Shown piece by piece: positions 1 through 13,067 of a stretch of DNA of 64,000 bases. Location of the stretch: the NCBI GenBank assembly GCA_964187785.1, contig OZ076416.1:56172001-56236000 (forward strand). The letters run 5' to 3'. The DNA is from Amphiscolops sp. MND2022. Its lineage: Eukaryota. Position 1 is the stretch's first letter, and the number at the start of each line of letters is the position of its first letter. The position numbers and the translations under genes are program-made. The notes under the pieces were generated by a model. That model made no database searches, had not been told where the DNA came from, and worked only from the letters and a program-made list of their open reading frames with translations.

Positions 1-1374
1 CAGATGTTGCAGTTCGTCCTCTTTTCGGAGCCAGCGATGTTCATGCCTTCATGCCCACGGCTTCGTGCTGCAATTTTGCCACATCGTGCCAGTTGTTGTG
101 CCCCATCGCTCGATGCCAGTGCTTGATAGAGCGAGACATCATTGCCAGTGACCCCGTCTCCACATGTTAAGCCTTCACACTGAAAAGTTCGTCGTTTGTC
201 ATCCTTGGCACAACCGTTCCAATGGGCATCTTGATTGAACTGGATCAATGCCCCTTTGTCAGTCAATCGCTTGACTGACACCAGATTCCTCGCGTAGGAT
301 GGCTTCCAGAAGGCATCACTCAGTCCCAGTACACAAGAACGGCCCGTATGGTCCTTCATCAAACATTGCACTGTCCCGCGTCCTATGATCTTCGAACGAC
401 TGCTGTTAGCGTTGCATACGTCTGCCAGAAAACCCTCGTCCAGAGCGGAGAAAAGCTCTTTATTCTTGATCATGAAGCCGTTGCTCCAGAGACAATGAGA
501 AGCTCAATGCTCCCCTTGTCGTAGCAACCAGCCCTGAAAACCCCGAAGCTGAAGAAGTCCGTTGATGAATGGTTGCTCGATTGACCCGAGCCACATCTTC
601 CATTTGAGCTCCTTTGCTGTCCCTATCTGCAAGATGAAGCCAGATAACCCTTCTGAACACAAATTGAAGAAGTCCTCGTCTCACGACTGTGGCAGTCCTT
701 AGCTCGGTGCCCCATCTTTCCACACTTGAAGCACGTTGAAGGCTTTCCCCCGGCCGAGTGAAAGGCTGACATCGATGTCTCGCTGGAAACACAGAGACCC
801 CTGGTTGCTGCGAATTTGACCAAGACCTGCTTCATCTCCTAGTACCCCTTTGCGGTGCCGGAGTTGAGGACTGCCACCACATTGTCGAAGTCACTTGGTG
901 GACACTTGAGAATCATCGCTGTGAAGAGAGCATCTGAGACCACTTCCGCCGCTTCAGCCATTCAGGCCGTTCAGTTGATTTGTGGAGCTTCGTCAAGGCC
1001 GTCCAGGTTGCAGTCCCTTTCGGCTTGTGCCCTCTGATGATGTTGATGCTTGCATCAACATCAAGGCACTGAACCAGTTCGCACCACACCATATTCTGGA
1101 GCTTGGCTAGATCTGCTTCTTCTCCGTCTTGCTCGACACATTCGTCGGTCGTCTCCAAGTCTTTTTGAGGTGTTGTTTTGATTCTGTCTAAATGGCGGTC
1201 AGAAAGTCCCAGGGAATAGACTCTTGCTTCGAACTGCTCCAGAAAAGTGGGGAAGTCATCCTGTCGTCCACTAAACAGCAGCTTGTCTTGTCGAAAGTGT
1301 CGTGGTTACGTCTTCGTGATTTGCGCTGGTGAGACTGTTGTCAGCTAAGTAGATGGCGTCATCTGGGAAGTTGC

Positions 1375-1387
1375 TGGGCCCATAACC
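1375..1387 (-). promoter_or_regulatory. Copia primer-binding site GGTTATGGGCCCA
   Basis: Exact motif immediately 3' of the LTR on the minus strand, as in copia-type elements. Degenerate counterpart GGTTATGCTCCCA starts at 4942. Confidence 0.8.
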
Positions 1388-2496
1388 TTTAGATACAGGT
1401 TGTGTAGAAATGAAGAACTGAATTGAGATTGATTAGTTATGATCAGACTTGGTTTATGTATTCACAATTGCAATTGATCGTAGAAGTGGTTCAGCATGGA
1501 GTATATTTAGCACGGCGTTATGTAAGTCAGTAACCAAAAATTTGCGGTATCAAGAGGTTCCTGTTGTATCGCTTCAGGGTTGCCAAATAGTAAACCCAAT
1601 TAATTGGGTAAAACCCAATTAATTGTACAAACAGTGGTACCCAATTACAAATACCCAACCCAATTATCAAGGGCACCACACCCAATTACCGAATTGACTA
1701 TCGGAAAGAAATACTGCAAACCTTTTGCAATGCTTTCTGGATTTTCAATCTTTTTTTCCTCGATACTTGTGAGGTTGAAAAAGTAGTAATTTAGCATTCA
1801 TTTTAAATACATTTGAGTTGATTTTGACTTGTTCTAACGTCCAAAGCGCACAGTGCTAGGAGGCAAAATCTATGGTTGATGATTTGTCTTTGATGATTGT
1901 AGTCAGTACGTTAAAATATATTGGTAATTAGTAACAATACCTATGTTTTGAATTGCCTGAATAATTCTCGGCTTTGTGATTTCATCACATATTTGGTTCA
2001 CAGCTATGTGTAGACGCATATAATTTTGTGTTTGTTCCTTCGCTTGTTTTTAGTTTGCTTCAATTTTTAAAATTGGGCACAATCTAGGTTATTTTAATAT
2101 TAACTTTTTTCAATGACATCGTGTTAGAAAAACATCTCATATTGTTGGTTACACATTCCTGTATTTTTCCAAGTTTTTCTGAATTTCAAAATTGTTGGAT
2201 TCGGTCCGCTAAAATTTTTTCTCGATCTCAATTTTACCCCCCAAATACCGTGAACCACCCGAATACCAAACCAAATAGTGGTTGTACCTAAAATACCAAT
2301 TACCCACATAATGAATCTGCGACCCAAACCCAAATATCATCAACCCAATTAATTGGCAACCCTGTATCGCACAAACAGGTACATGGATGTGCGGCATCAA
2401 AAGTTGTGTGAGCGATGTCATCTGGCTGGTACTTGAACCTTAGGGGCTCACCATTCGGTCATTCCCGACTTGCGAGGCGGGTGGCAAACCTTGATA
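1388..2496 (-). repeat. 5' LTR of Copia copy 1, split by a MITE at 1575-2364
   Basis: 1388-1574 plus 2365-2496 reverse-complement onto the LTRs at 4623-4941 and 8539-8860. Confidence 0.85.
1575..2364. mobile_element. Non-autonomous hAT-like DNA transposon (790 bp) inserted in the Copia LTR
   Basis: TIR CAGGGTTGCCAA...TTGGCAACCCTG. Imperfect 8-bp TSD TATCGCTT/TATCGCAC. Subterminal ACCCAATT repeats at both ends. No coding capacity. Confidence 0.8.
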
Positions 2497-2499
2497 ACG

Positions 2500-4590
2500 A
2501 AAATCAGGAATAAGGTCTTTTGTTCGAATTTGAATATTGAGCTTGATCTCCGTGTTTTTTCTCAATTCAGAATTTCTGCAATAATTGCGGTTTTTGTGCA
2601 TAAGTAAGAGCAATAATCAAATATTCATTGGTCACATTTTTCAGAACAATTAAATGCAGTTAATTCCACAAGGCTCTTATGTCTTTCCCCAATGGCTCTA
2701 GTGCAGGGTTGGATGGCATTTCGCCCCAAATTTTGAAAGATTTGACTGCCAAGTCAAACGGGCAATCTCGACTGAATTTTGTCATAACCATAGCAAATCT
2801 TGTGAGTGTAATTCTCGAAGAAAAAGTACCTTACGAACTTCGGCCGTACTTCTTTGATGCGAAACCAATTGCGCTGAAAAAGCCTGATGGAGGACTTCGT
2901 CCTATCGCTGTAGGCGATACCTTCCGCCGGTTATCCGCAAAATGTGCCAGATACCATGTTTTCGAATCACGTCAGGCAAGTTACGGAAATCAACAAGTGG
3001 GTGTAGGCACAAAAAAGGGCTCACATGTTTTCCGTTGTTTGATAGAAAGCCCCAGCACAGAGAAAACGTAATGTTGAAAATTGACTTTCAAAACGCTTTC
3101 AATTCGATAAACCGACAATTCATGCTAGAGAAAAGTTTTGAAATACACGCTGAAGTTTATTAGTACTCACACTCGGCGTACAGTCAACCAAGTTTTCTTT
3201 TTTACGGTGACTCAGTTATCAAATCTTGTGAAGGGACCCAGCAAGGAGATCCTGGGTCTCCAGCTTTATTTTTGGATTCCATTCAGAATCTGACTGACAG
3301 TTTGGAGTCGAAAATAAACTTATGGTACTTTGACAATGGAAATCTGGAAATCTAAGTGATGATTACAGAACCGTTTTGAAAGATCTCAAAAAATAGTTTA
3401 GGCGGAAAAAACGCTGGGACTCAAAAATAAACCCATGAAATGCAACGTTTTTTTCCTTAAGGACATCACTGAAAAACGCCGATCAACAATTTTAGCATCT
3501 TTCCAAAAACTTTGCCCCGGGATCAAAAAGCACAGAAGATGAACTTATCATTCTGGGTTCGCTGTTCGGCCCGAAATCACAAGCAGACTTATTGGAAAAG
3601 AAAATCAATGAATTGGAAAATGTTAATGGAATTTCAAAAAACTGGATTTTCTCACGACAATTTTCTCCGAAACATCCGAAATTGTTTCATTTACAAAGGC
3701 GCTTGAGAAATGGTTGAGTTTGACGAATGAACAGGAAAGTCCTCTCGATGCAACCGAGAAATATTTGACACAACCTGTCTTCGTCAAAACCGCCCAAGAA
3801 CTGATTTCCAGAATGGATGACAAACGTTCGAAAGTTTTCAACTCTCATCAAGGTAAATTGGGGTCTCAATGGCTGAACGTCGTTCCTTGTAAGAACCTAG
3901 GCCTGAAACTTGATGATCAGCAACTTCGGATTTCAATTGGTTTACGTCTCGGAGCCAACATTTGTGTTGCGCATACGTGCCACTGTGGTAAAAGAGTTGA
4001 ACGGGACGGTTTACACGGTCTTTCTTGCACCAAGAGTGCTGGTCGCTTCTGACGTCATGCTTCTCTCCATATTCTCATAAAGCGGACGTTGGGATCTCTC
4101 GACTTGCCTCCAATGCTCGAACCGCGTGGACTGTACCGAACCGATGGCAAACGCCCAGAGGGTGTTACCATGATTCCTTGGGAAATGGGTAAACAGCTGG
4201 TGTGGGATGTCACCGTTGTGGATGCTCTTGCACACAGTCGCCTGAATCAAGGCTCTTTATGTAACCCGGGAACGACCGCCACCGAGACCTAAAATTGAGA
4301 AGTATCGCGAATTAATAGACAATGAATACTTTTTTCAACTGGTGGCCTTGGAAGTACAGGGTTCTTTCGACGAGAGCAGTGAAGTTTTCATCACGCGTCT
4401 CTGTAAAGTGCTCTGTCGTTCGCACGACTATCAACAAGCTGGCAGTTTTTTGACGCAGCGGATTTCAATGGCTCTTCAAATCGGCAATGCGGCCTGTGTT
4501 CTAGGATCTGTGAGCAACAGAGATGCGTTCGAAGAAATTTATTACATAGTTTTTTTAAAAAACCTCTATCATTGCAGCTTTAAAAAAAGT
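2500..4590 (+). mobile_element. 5'-truncated CRE-clade non-LTR retrotransposon (RT, zinc knuckle, restriction-like endonuclease), degraded
   Basis: RT motifs GLDGI, LRPIAVG, LKIDFQNAFNS and QQGDP (about 3240). Zinc motif CHCGKRVERDGLHGLSC. RLE-type RTDGKRPEG..PW..GKQLVWDVTVVD. A-rich 3' end about 4555-4590. Many frameshifts. Confidence 0.8.
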
Positions 4591-4622
4591 TCTACTGGTC
4601 GACTGCGATAGTGGCTGGTATG

Positions 4623-4941
4623 TGTCAAAGTTTACAATCCACCTCGCAAAGCGGGAATGATCGAATGGCGAGCCACGACCCCAAAGGGTCAAGTACCTGC
4701 CAGATGACATCGCACACACAACTTTTGATGCCGCACATTCATGTACCTGTTTGTGAGATACAAGAAACAACTCTTGATACCGCACATTTTTGTTGACTGA
4801 CAGGTACCTGTCGCGGTGCTGTATATACCCGATGCTGAACAACTTCTTCACTCAATTGCGATTGTAAATACTTAAACTAAGTCTGATCATAACTAATCAA
4901 TCTCAGTTCAGTTCTTCATTCCTACCCAACATGTTTCAAAA
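4623..4941 (+). repeat. 5' LTR of Copia copy 2
   Basis: Starts TGTCAA. Direct repeat of 8539-8860 with roughly one difference per ten bases by eye. Confidence 0.9.
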
Positions 4942-7900
4942 GGTTATGCTCCCAGCAGCTTCCCAGACGACGCCATCTACCTAGCTGATCACAGCAGCCT
5001 CACCAGCGCAGATTACGATGACGGCACCACGACACTCTCGACAAGAGAAGCTGCTGCTCAGTGGACGAGATTATGATTTGCCCACTTTTCTGGAGCAGTT
5101 CGAAGCAAGAGACTATGCCCTGGGACTTTCTGACTGCCATCTGGAAAGAATCAAAACAACACCTCAAATAGATTTGGAGACGAATGACGAACAAGTCAAG
5201 CGAGAAGTGGAAGAAGCAGATCGAGCCAGACTACAGTACATGGTGTGGTGCGAGCTGGTTCAGTGCCTTGACAAGGCAAGCATCAACTTCATCAGAGGGC
5301 ACAAGCCGAATGGGACTGCAGCCTGGACAGCTTTGAAGAAGCTCCACAAAGCAATTTAACGGCCTCGTGTTCAATCACTGATGACACAGCTCACTGGTCT
5401 CAACATGACGTCAGGGGAGAAGGTGACTGACTACCTCATCAAAGCCGAAGGTCCTAAATTGGATCTGGCTGAAGCGGAGGAAGAGGTCTCAAATGCTCTC
5501 TTCACAGCGATGATTCTCAAGGGTCTTCCAAGTGACTTCGACAGTGTGGTGGCAGTCCTCAACTTCGGCACAGCAAAGGGGTACTACGAGATGAAGCAGG
5601 ACTTGGTCAACTTCGCAGCAACCAGGGGTCTCTGTGTTTCCAGCGAGACATCGATGACAGCCTTTCACTAAGCCGGGAGGAAGCCTCCAAAATACTTCAA
5701 GTGTGGAAAGATGGGGCACCGAGCTAAGGACTGCCACAGTCGGGATACGAGGACTTGCTTCAACTGTGCTCAGAAGGGGAATCTGGCTTCATCTTGCAGG
5801 AGGGGACAGCAGAGGAGCTCAAGCGGAGAATGTGGCTCGGTTCAATCCAGCAATCATTCATCAGCGGACTTCTTCAGCTTCGGGGATTTCAGGGCTGGTT
5901 GCTACGACAAGGGGAGCATTGAGCTTCTCATTGACTCTGGGTGCAACGGCTTCATGATCAAGAACAAAGAGCTCTTCTCTGATCTGGACGAGGGTTTTCT
6001 GGCAGACGTATGCAACGCTAACAGCAGTCGTTCAGAGATCAGAGGACGTGGGACAGTGCGATGCTTTCTGAAGGACAATAGCAGGAGTCCCACGAGGGTT
6101 TTCGCTATGCAGTGGGCTTCATCGACAGTTACAGCCGTTTCATGGCAGTATACCCAATGAAGTCAAAGGATGAGGTCACCGCAATGTTACAACGATTCAT
6201 CATCGATATTGGCCGGCCTGGCACCTTGGTCTCAGACGGGGCTCTCGAGCTCAAGTCAAAGCAGTTCAGTGACTTGTGCACATCCAATGGCATCAAACAG
6301 GAGTTCTCTGCTTCCTACACACCTGAAGAAAACGGCAAAATTGAGCGAGCATGGGGCACTGTGACTGGCATGTCGGATGCATGATGGCAACTGCAGGGGT
6401 CCCAAAGCAGTTCTGGCCTTTTGCTCTTTCAACTGCCATCTACCTGAAGAATGGATCAATCCACTCGGCGCATGGCAAGACCCCTTTTCAGATGTTTCAC
6501 GGAAGCAAGCCTGACCTTTCACATCTTCACGTCTTTGGGTGCCAGTCGTTTGTGCTCAACGAAGTCAGGAAAAAGCTGGACAGCAAGGCACGGGAAGCTA
6601 TTCTTCTGGGATACTCGGGACTTTGTAAGGCCTATAATGTAGCCTCAACAGACGGGTCAGAGACAAGGGCACCAAAGGTCTGGGTATCACGAAACGTCAA
6701 TTTTAACGACGATGCATTTCCTTACCAACGTGGTTTTGCAGTCACTCAAGGGTAGAGCGAGGACGATGATGCATCTCATTCGGAAGTTGATGATCTGAAA
6801 TCGGTGTTAGATGAACAATGCGAGGCCACATCTACGAGAACCCATGCAATCCAGGGCGAATGAGAAGATAACATCAATCCAGATGAAGAACACCCAATGT
6901 TAGACAGTACAACAGCAGTGCAGCAGACGACATCCAGATGTTCGGTAAGGACTCGAAGGGCGCCTCAACACTTCGACGACTATGTGACAAGGAGAGATTT
7001 GGAGAACCTGGCACGTCACTGTGATGCTTTGATTTCAAGCAGCCTTCCAAGCAATACAGCAGACGCCCTGGCGGAACCCAACTGGAAAGCAGTGATGGAC
7101 AGAGAGTTCAAATCACTGGAAGAAAATGGTGTCTGGGAGCTGGTCAAGCCACCATCAGGACAAGGCATCATCAGCGGAAAGTGGCATTTTGCTCATAAAC
7201 TAGATGACGAAGGAAACGTGGTAAAGTACAAGGCCCGATTCGTGGCACGGGGGTTCACTCAGACGCCAGGCAATAATTTTCACGACAACTACTCACCAAA
7301 GGCGAAGCTGTCTTCACTCAGAACTGTCCTGGCATGTGGGCTGAAGCTTGATATGCATTTCAATCAGATGGACATAAAGACAGCATACCTGAACGCACCA
7401 ATTCAAGAAGACATCACATGGAGCAGCCAGAGGGGTACGAAAAGGGGAGCAGATGTTGTGCAAGCTTAAGCGGTCACTTTATGGACTGAAGCAATCGGGG
7501 CGCATTTGGTTTTAATGTCTCTCTCATCGTTTTGAGCTCAAGTTCAAGGCATCAGTTCACAACCCTTGCTCACTGACTCTGACGAGGAGTGGTCACAAGT
7601 GCTGGATAGTGATCTTGGTGGATGATATTCTTCACGAGACAACTGACAGAATTTACCACGTGGTTCAATGGCAAGATGAGTTAGCGGTTCAACATTGGCG
7701 AAAGCGGTCCTCTGACATGGTTCTTGGGAATATCATTCAAATGGGGTGACGGTTCGCTGACAATGAAGAATCAAGGGTAAGTGAGCAACGTACTTCGCAA
7801 ACACCGTATGGGCGAGTGCAAGGCAGCTTCAACACCACTCGCATACAAGCTGGAGCTGATGAAGGATCAGACGTTGGAAGACGGATCAGATGAGCAACAG

Positions 7901-8538
7901 CAAATGTTGAGACATGACTACAGAGGCCTGGTGGGTAGCATTGCTTACCTCTCACTGTCCACTCGACCTGACCTGGCATTCCCGGCACACCTACTTTCTC
8001 GATTTCTTAGCAACCCTGGTTTTGCTCACTGGCAAGCAGCGAAGCAGGTGTTACGCTACCTCAGAGGCACAGCTGACGTGGGCATCACTTTCATGAGGTG
8101 CGATGATACAGGCCTGAAAGAACGATAGACGAAGCATCACTCGTTTCTGCTTAAAATGGGTAGTGGGGCAATATCGTTGGCTGCTAGACGACAAACGTGT
8201 GTAGCGATTTCAACCACTGAGGCAGAACTTCATGCATTGAGCAAAGCCGTAAAGGAAGCGGTGCATTTACGGGGGATTCTGGACACTCTTGGAGAATCCA
8301 TAGCGACGACTTTGTTCACGGACAGTCAATCGTGCTTAGCATTGGCAACCAGAGATGACAGCAGCGCAAAGACGCAACACTTTGCAACTCGGATGGCCTA
8401 TGTGCGGGAGACAGTAAGGAATCAATCGATCAATCTGAAATTCATTGCCAGTGGTGAAATTTGCGCTGACATTTTCACGAAGGGACTGGGTAAGACAAAG
8501 ACCCAGCAACACCTTGCTCGGCTGTCGTCAATGAGGGG

Positions 8539-8860
8539 TGTCAAGGTTTACCATCCGCCTCGCAAGGCGCGAATGATCGAATGTTAGCCACGACCACCCC
8601 TAAGGTTCAAGTACCTGCCAGATGACATCGCTCACACAACTTTTGATGCCGCACATTCATTTACCTGTTTCTGCGATACAACAGACAACTCTTGATACCG
8701 CACATTTTTTGTTGACTGACAGGTACCTGTCGCGGTGCTTTATATGCCAGATGCTGAACCCGTTCTACCATCAATTGCAATTGTAAATACTTAAACCAAG
8801 TCTGATCATAACTAATCAATCTCAATTCAATTTTTCATTCCTACCCAACCTGTTTTAAAA
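8539..8860 (+). repeat. 3' LTR of Copia copy 2
   Basis: Follows the PPT, starts TGTCAA, and ends just before TSD GTGTG (8861-8865). Confidence 0.9.
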
Positions 8861-9153
8861 GTGTGAGTAGTTTGTTGGTTATTTTTGTTACTGGGATAGT
8901 GACTAGTATGGGGTTCCCTACGTTCGTTGCAGACCAAGGGTGTGTGTCTCTTCCCGCTCAAGGCACAAAGGTGTACCCGGGTATGTGGTTTTAGTATCAA
9001 TTGTCGAAAACCCGAGAAAGTCTTAGGACTGAAAATCTGACCCTAAAGCAATACGTTGGACGCAAATTGTGAACTTTTGGGCAGAAATCGATAATGTTGA
9101 AGTTGAAGAACTTGTAGAAGTTGTAAATGACGCTTTTTTAACACTCAAAGCGT

Positions 9154-11860
9154 TCAGAAAAGGTATGTCTTTAATCGTGCTTGGAAAGTGTCATATGAAG
9201 GGCTCAATATAAGATTACATGGTAGTGAGTTCCACAATTCAGCACCTAATACCCAGAAGCATCGTTTTCCAAAAGTATTGTTGGTAATTCTGCCAGTCCA
9301 TTTTCGTTTTTTGGACTTTTTCAGATCGTACTGATCAAGTTGCTGATACCTGGAAAACGGTACCGACAAGTAAAAAGGCACAAGCAAGTCATTATAAAGA
9401 CGGTATACGAAGCATAAGATTTTGTACTTAATTCTTTTTTCAACAGGAAGCCAATGAAGTTCATTCAAAAGTAAGTTACCATTGGAAATTTTTTGATGAA
9501 GAAGGAGGCATGCTGCTCTATTCTGAACTCTTTGCAATTTTTTGATCATGTAGTCCGGAGCACCATATAACAGTGAGTTACAATAATCAAGTCTACTGAT
9601 AACGAAAGTGAGAATCAATATCTTTGTGAGATCGAAAAACAAATATTGTCGATTTGATGTTATCTTTCTGAGGTGATAGTAGGACTTCGCACAGGGCTGT
9701 TGATGGAAGAAGAGAAACCTAACATGTTATCCAAAGTAACTCCCAAAACTTTGACACTATCTTTGATCTCAATTCTGATCCCACCGATAGTGTTTGTCTC
9801 GGGAAGGCGAGTTCTTTGATTCGAAACGAACATACATCAAGTTTTTGAACTGTTTACTTTTACTTTCAAGGCGGCTAATAGTTTCAAAACACTGGCAATT
9901 TTCTTTTTGTGTTTCAGAAAATTGGCAAAGGTTGTTCCCAGGTCAAATTCCAAGTAAATCGTTATGTCATCAGCTTAGATATGATAACTAGCAAGGAATT
10001 CATAAAGGAGTTCACTGACCCTAAGATCGATCCTTGAGGAACACCTGTTTCATTAGATTTATCCTCAGAGAAGCTTCCATCAATGAGGACACATTGTGAT
10101 CGACCATTCAGCTAGGATTTTATCAAGGAATGCGCCTGACCAAATAATTCCAATTTGAATTAAAATTGAAAGAAGTATTTCATGATCCACGGTGTCGAAC
10201 GCTGCTGATAGATCTAAGGATATCACCAGAAATGTACTCTTGTTGTTCAGGCCCCATAATAGATTTGAAGTTAGGTCTAATAAAGCTGTCTCTGTTGAAT
10301 GATAATTTTTACAGGCAGATTGATGCTCGTCAAAGACTGCATGTTCATCCAAAAAGCGTTTGATTTGCAGAGCGATGACCTTTCCAATAACTTTGGAAGC
10401 GAAATGCAAAATCGTGATTGGTCTGTAGTTTGATGTTTCTTCGATGTCACCACTTTAAAAAATTGGTATAACTATCCCATGTTTGAAGGCAGTGGGGAAG
10501 ACGGCATTAAGGAAAGAGTCATTGATAATCTCAGACATCTGGTTATAGAAAAATGACAACTTCTTCAGAATTCTGGAGGGCACATTTCGACTAGGTTGAG
10601 ATTTCGACGACACTTGATTGCGAACAAGCACTACATATAAGTTATCAACGTTTTCAAAGGTTTCCAGAAAGTCTCCAGAGACCGGGATTTTCAAGTCTAC
10701 TAAACCTGGCGGATTGCTTTTAAGAATATTTTGAATTATGGATAAGAAAAAGGCATTAAATTTGTTTGCTAATTTCACACGAGGAAAGACAGTTTGCTTC
10801 TTTTTAGATCCAAGGAGCGTTTTTGGAACGTTTTTTGTGAAAAAGCTTGAAGTTGTTTTCTGTCGCAATTTGCATATGTAGTCTATCGATGGTGGACCGC
10901 GTTTTTGCGAATAATCATTCCAATTGACGCCGTTTCCTCTTACATGCTCTCTTTCATTATCGTAAAAAGGGCAATCGTGTTTCGAGATAACTCTTTCCAT
11001 TTCTGGAGCATGTTGGTCACTTATTGTTTGAAGTGTGTCCAAGAAACTGTCAATCAGAGGAGACCCTTCGATAGACCACAGGTGATAAAAACAATCCTAA
11101 TTGAAATCTACTAGGTTAGCATTTTCCAATTTCTGAATTTGACAACGGATCTTTCACAATTTTCCTGAACAAATTTTAGGCAGTCGAAGTTTAACCAATT
11201 GTAATCCCATGTGGAGACACACACAAGACATATTTAAAGCTTTTTTGGTCCAATGACAAGATCAAGAGTTACCACTTTTATGAGTAGGTAGTTCAACTGA
11301 CTGTACCAGTCCAAACTCATCGAAACTATCTTTAAAATCATTCGAAGCTGGACATATTCGATTGACGTGAATATTGAAATCGCCACAACACAAGATGTAT
11401 TCAGACGAAAATTTCACAAGTAAGCCATGAAACTCTTCAAGAAAGAGCTTCCAGAAGGTTTCCAGAAGAAAGAGCTTCCAAAAGAAAGTTTCCAGAAGGT
11501 GGACGATAGCAGCAGAAAAAAGTTATGGGATAATTCAAGGAAAGTACCCGACAAGTAACAATTTCGAAGTCTTAGTTGCATAGATTTTGAATAACAGAAA
11601 TAGAAATATCTTTTCTATGTATGAGAAGAATACCACGACCAGTCGAGAACTCCCTGGGAAAAGACAAAGGAATATAATTTTCAGGCAGACATACTTTTAT
11701 GAGAAAATCATCGTTCCCGTTTGTTTGGATCCAACTTTCAGTAATGGTAATTAGTTGTGACTAAGAAGATAGAATAGCGGAGTTAATTTCCATCGTCTTG
11801 TTTCTCACTGATCTAGCATTATAGGCCGAGCATTTTAAAAACTCTGGCTTAACTTTTGAT
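9154..11860 (-). pseudogene. LINE ORF2: apurinic endonuclease plus reverse transcriptase, disrupted
   Basis: APE motifs YNARSVRNK (about 11800-11825), ITITESW and CGDFNIH (about 11365-11390). RT motifs STETAL, LDLSAAFDTVDH and SRLDYCNSLL, KLQRVQN. Confidence 0.9.
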
Positions 11861-12541
11861 TGTCAATTCTTTGGTAAAGTTTTCAACCATTCCCGGGATG
11901 AATCATTCAGGCGATACCTTCCAATGACAACATTTTTGGGCCACAATGATGGATCTTCTAAGTCTGTATCATTCATTTCAAACACACAGTGACAAGCATG
12001 ATAACTGGACTCTTCACTCGAGATTTTTCTTAAATGGAGCAACCCCATTCGTTTTTCATTGCGGTAGTCACGAACTGTTTCGATATCATGTTGCGTAGAT
12101 ACTCGCCCAATGTAAATATGTTTTCGAGGAGATGGCTTCTCAACACCTTTGAAAAATTCAGTTTCACCTGTCCCAATTTTTACTTCACGTTTCTTGCGAA
12201 CTGGCTTCGAAATAGAGACCAATGAGTTGTCATTAAAAATAGTTTCTAATCTTTGAGTTTGAAGAACATGAGCACTTAAAGTTTTTGGCCCTGGATCATT
12301 CGAGTTTACTGCTTCGGAGAACGTTCATTCCTGTTTCAATGACTAAACTTGACCCTTTAGTTCCGTAACTCCTTGACAACTCACCCAAGTTAAGCTGTTC
12401 CAATGCAGTTTTCATTATGGAAGGTAGCATTTTTTGAATGATATCTTTTATAACTTTCCGAGTTGTTTCCTCAATTTTTTCTTTCTCCAAACAAAGAGAA
12501 CATCTGAACAACAAATACTTAGCTTGTGATAGTTGACTGAT

Positions 12542-12766
12542 GGGTTATTGGTCACTTGGCTTAATGCCATTTGGCTTAAAGTCATTTGGTTTAATACAAT
12601 TGGTCACTTGGCTTAATTTTTTTAGGCTAAGTTTCTCTGGTATTGGTCACATGGCTTAAAGTCATTTAACTTGAACCACTTAGTTGAAAACACGTGGCAG
12701 ATTTTGTCGAATTTATCTTTATAACGTAGTCAGCGTATTATTATAACATGTCATATCAAGTACCCC
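12542..12766. mobile_element. 225-bp non-autonomous DNA element inside the LINE PHD exon
   Basis: Short imperfect TIR (GGGTTATTG...CAAGTACCCC) and internal GGTCACTTGGCTTAA repeats. Removing it restores the ORF1 frame (LPEVT|ISQLS). Confidence 0.65.
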
Positions 12767-13067
12767 GGTAACTTCCGGTAATCCTGAAGTTTTCATGATA
12801 CCAGCCGTCACGGATTCCGGACGTTTCGGCAAAAGACGTTTCGGCAAAAGACGTTTCGGCAAAAAACGTTTCGGCAAAAACAGGGCGGCGGACGTTTGGA
12901 GTGTACGCCTTTGATCTAATTATTTGGGTCTTATGAAATTAGATCTAACTTTCAGATCTAATTTAGGTCTAACTTTAGGTCTAACTTTCAGATCTAATTA
13001 TTTTATCTTAAATACTTAGGTCTAACCCCTTTATGATCTAATATGTGTTCTTTTTCAGATATTAGCT

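Larger units (their letters stand above)
1..2496 (-). mobile_element. Copia (Ty1) LTR retrotransposon copy 1, 5' part (5' LTR, PBS, degraded gag/protease/GAG-pre-integrase); continues beyond the window start
   Basis: Minus-strand zinc knuckle CFKCGKMGHRAKDC (ORF 623-835). GAG-pre-integrase-like WHRAMGHNNW near 90-125. PBS at 1375-1387. Collinear homology to copy 2 (4623-8860). Many stops and frameshifts. Confidence 0.9.
4623..8860 (+). mobile_element. Copia LTR retrotransposon copy 2, both LTRs present, internally deleted and pseudogenised
   Basis: LTRs 4623-4941 and 8539-8860. 5-bp TSD GTATG/GTGTG. PBS at 4942. PPT GAGGGG at 8533-8538. Domain order gag (CCHC), protease (LIDSG, about 5930), integrase (YTPEENGKIER), RT (KYKARFVARGF, QMDIKTAYLN), RNase H (STTEAE, DSQS, ADIFTK) is the Copia order. 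Confidence 0.95.

Noticed and set aside
12819-12882. GACGTTTCGGCAAAA tandem repeats as a CRISPR-like array
   Set aside because: No spacers, eukaryotic context, and they are the subterminal repeats of the MULE.
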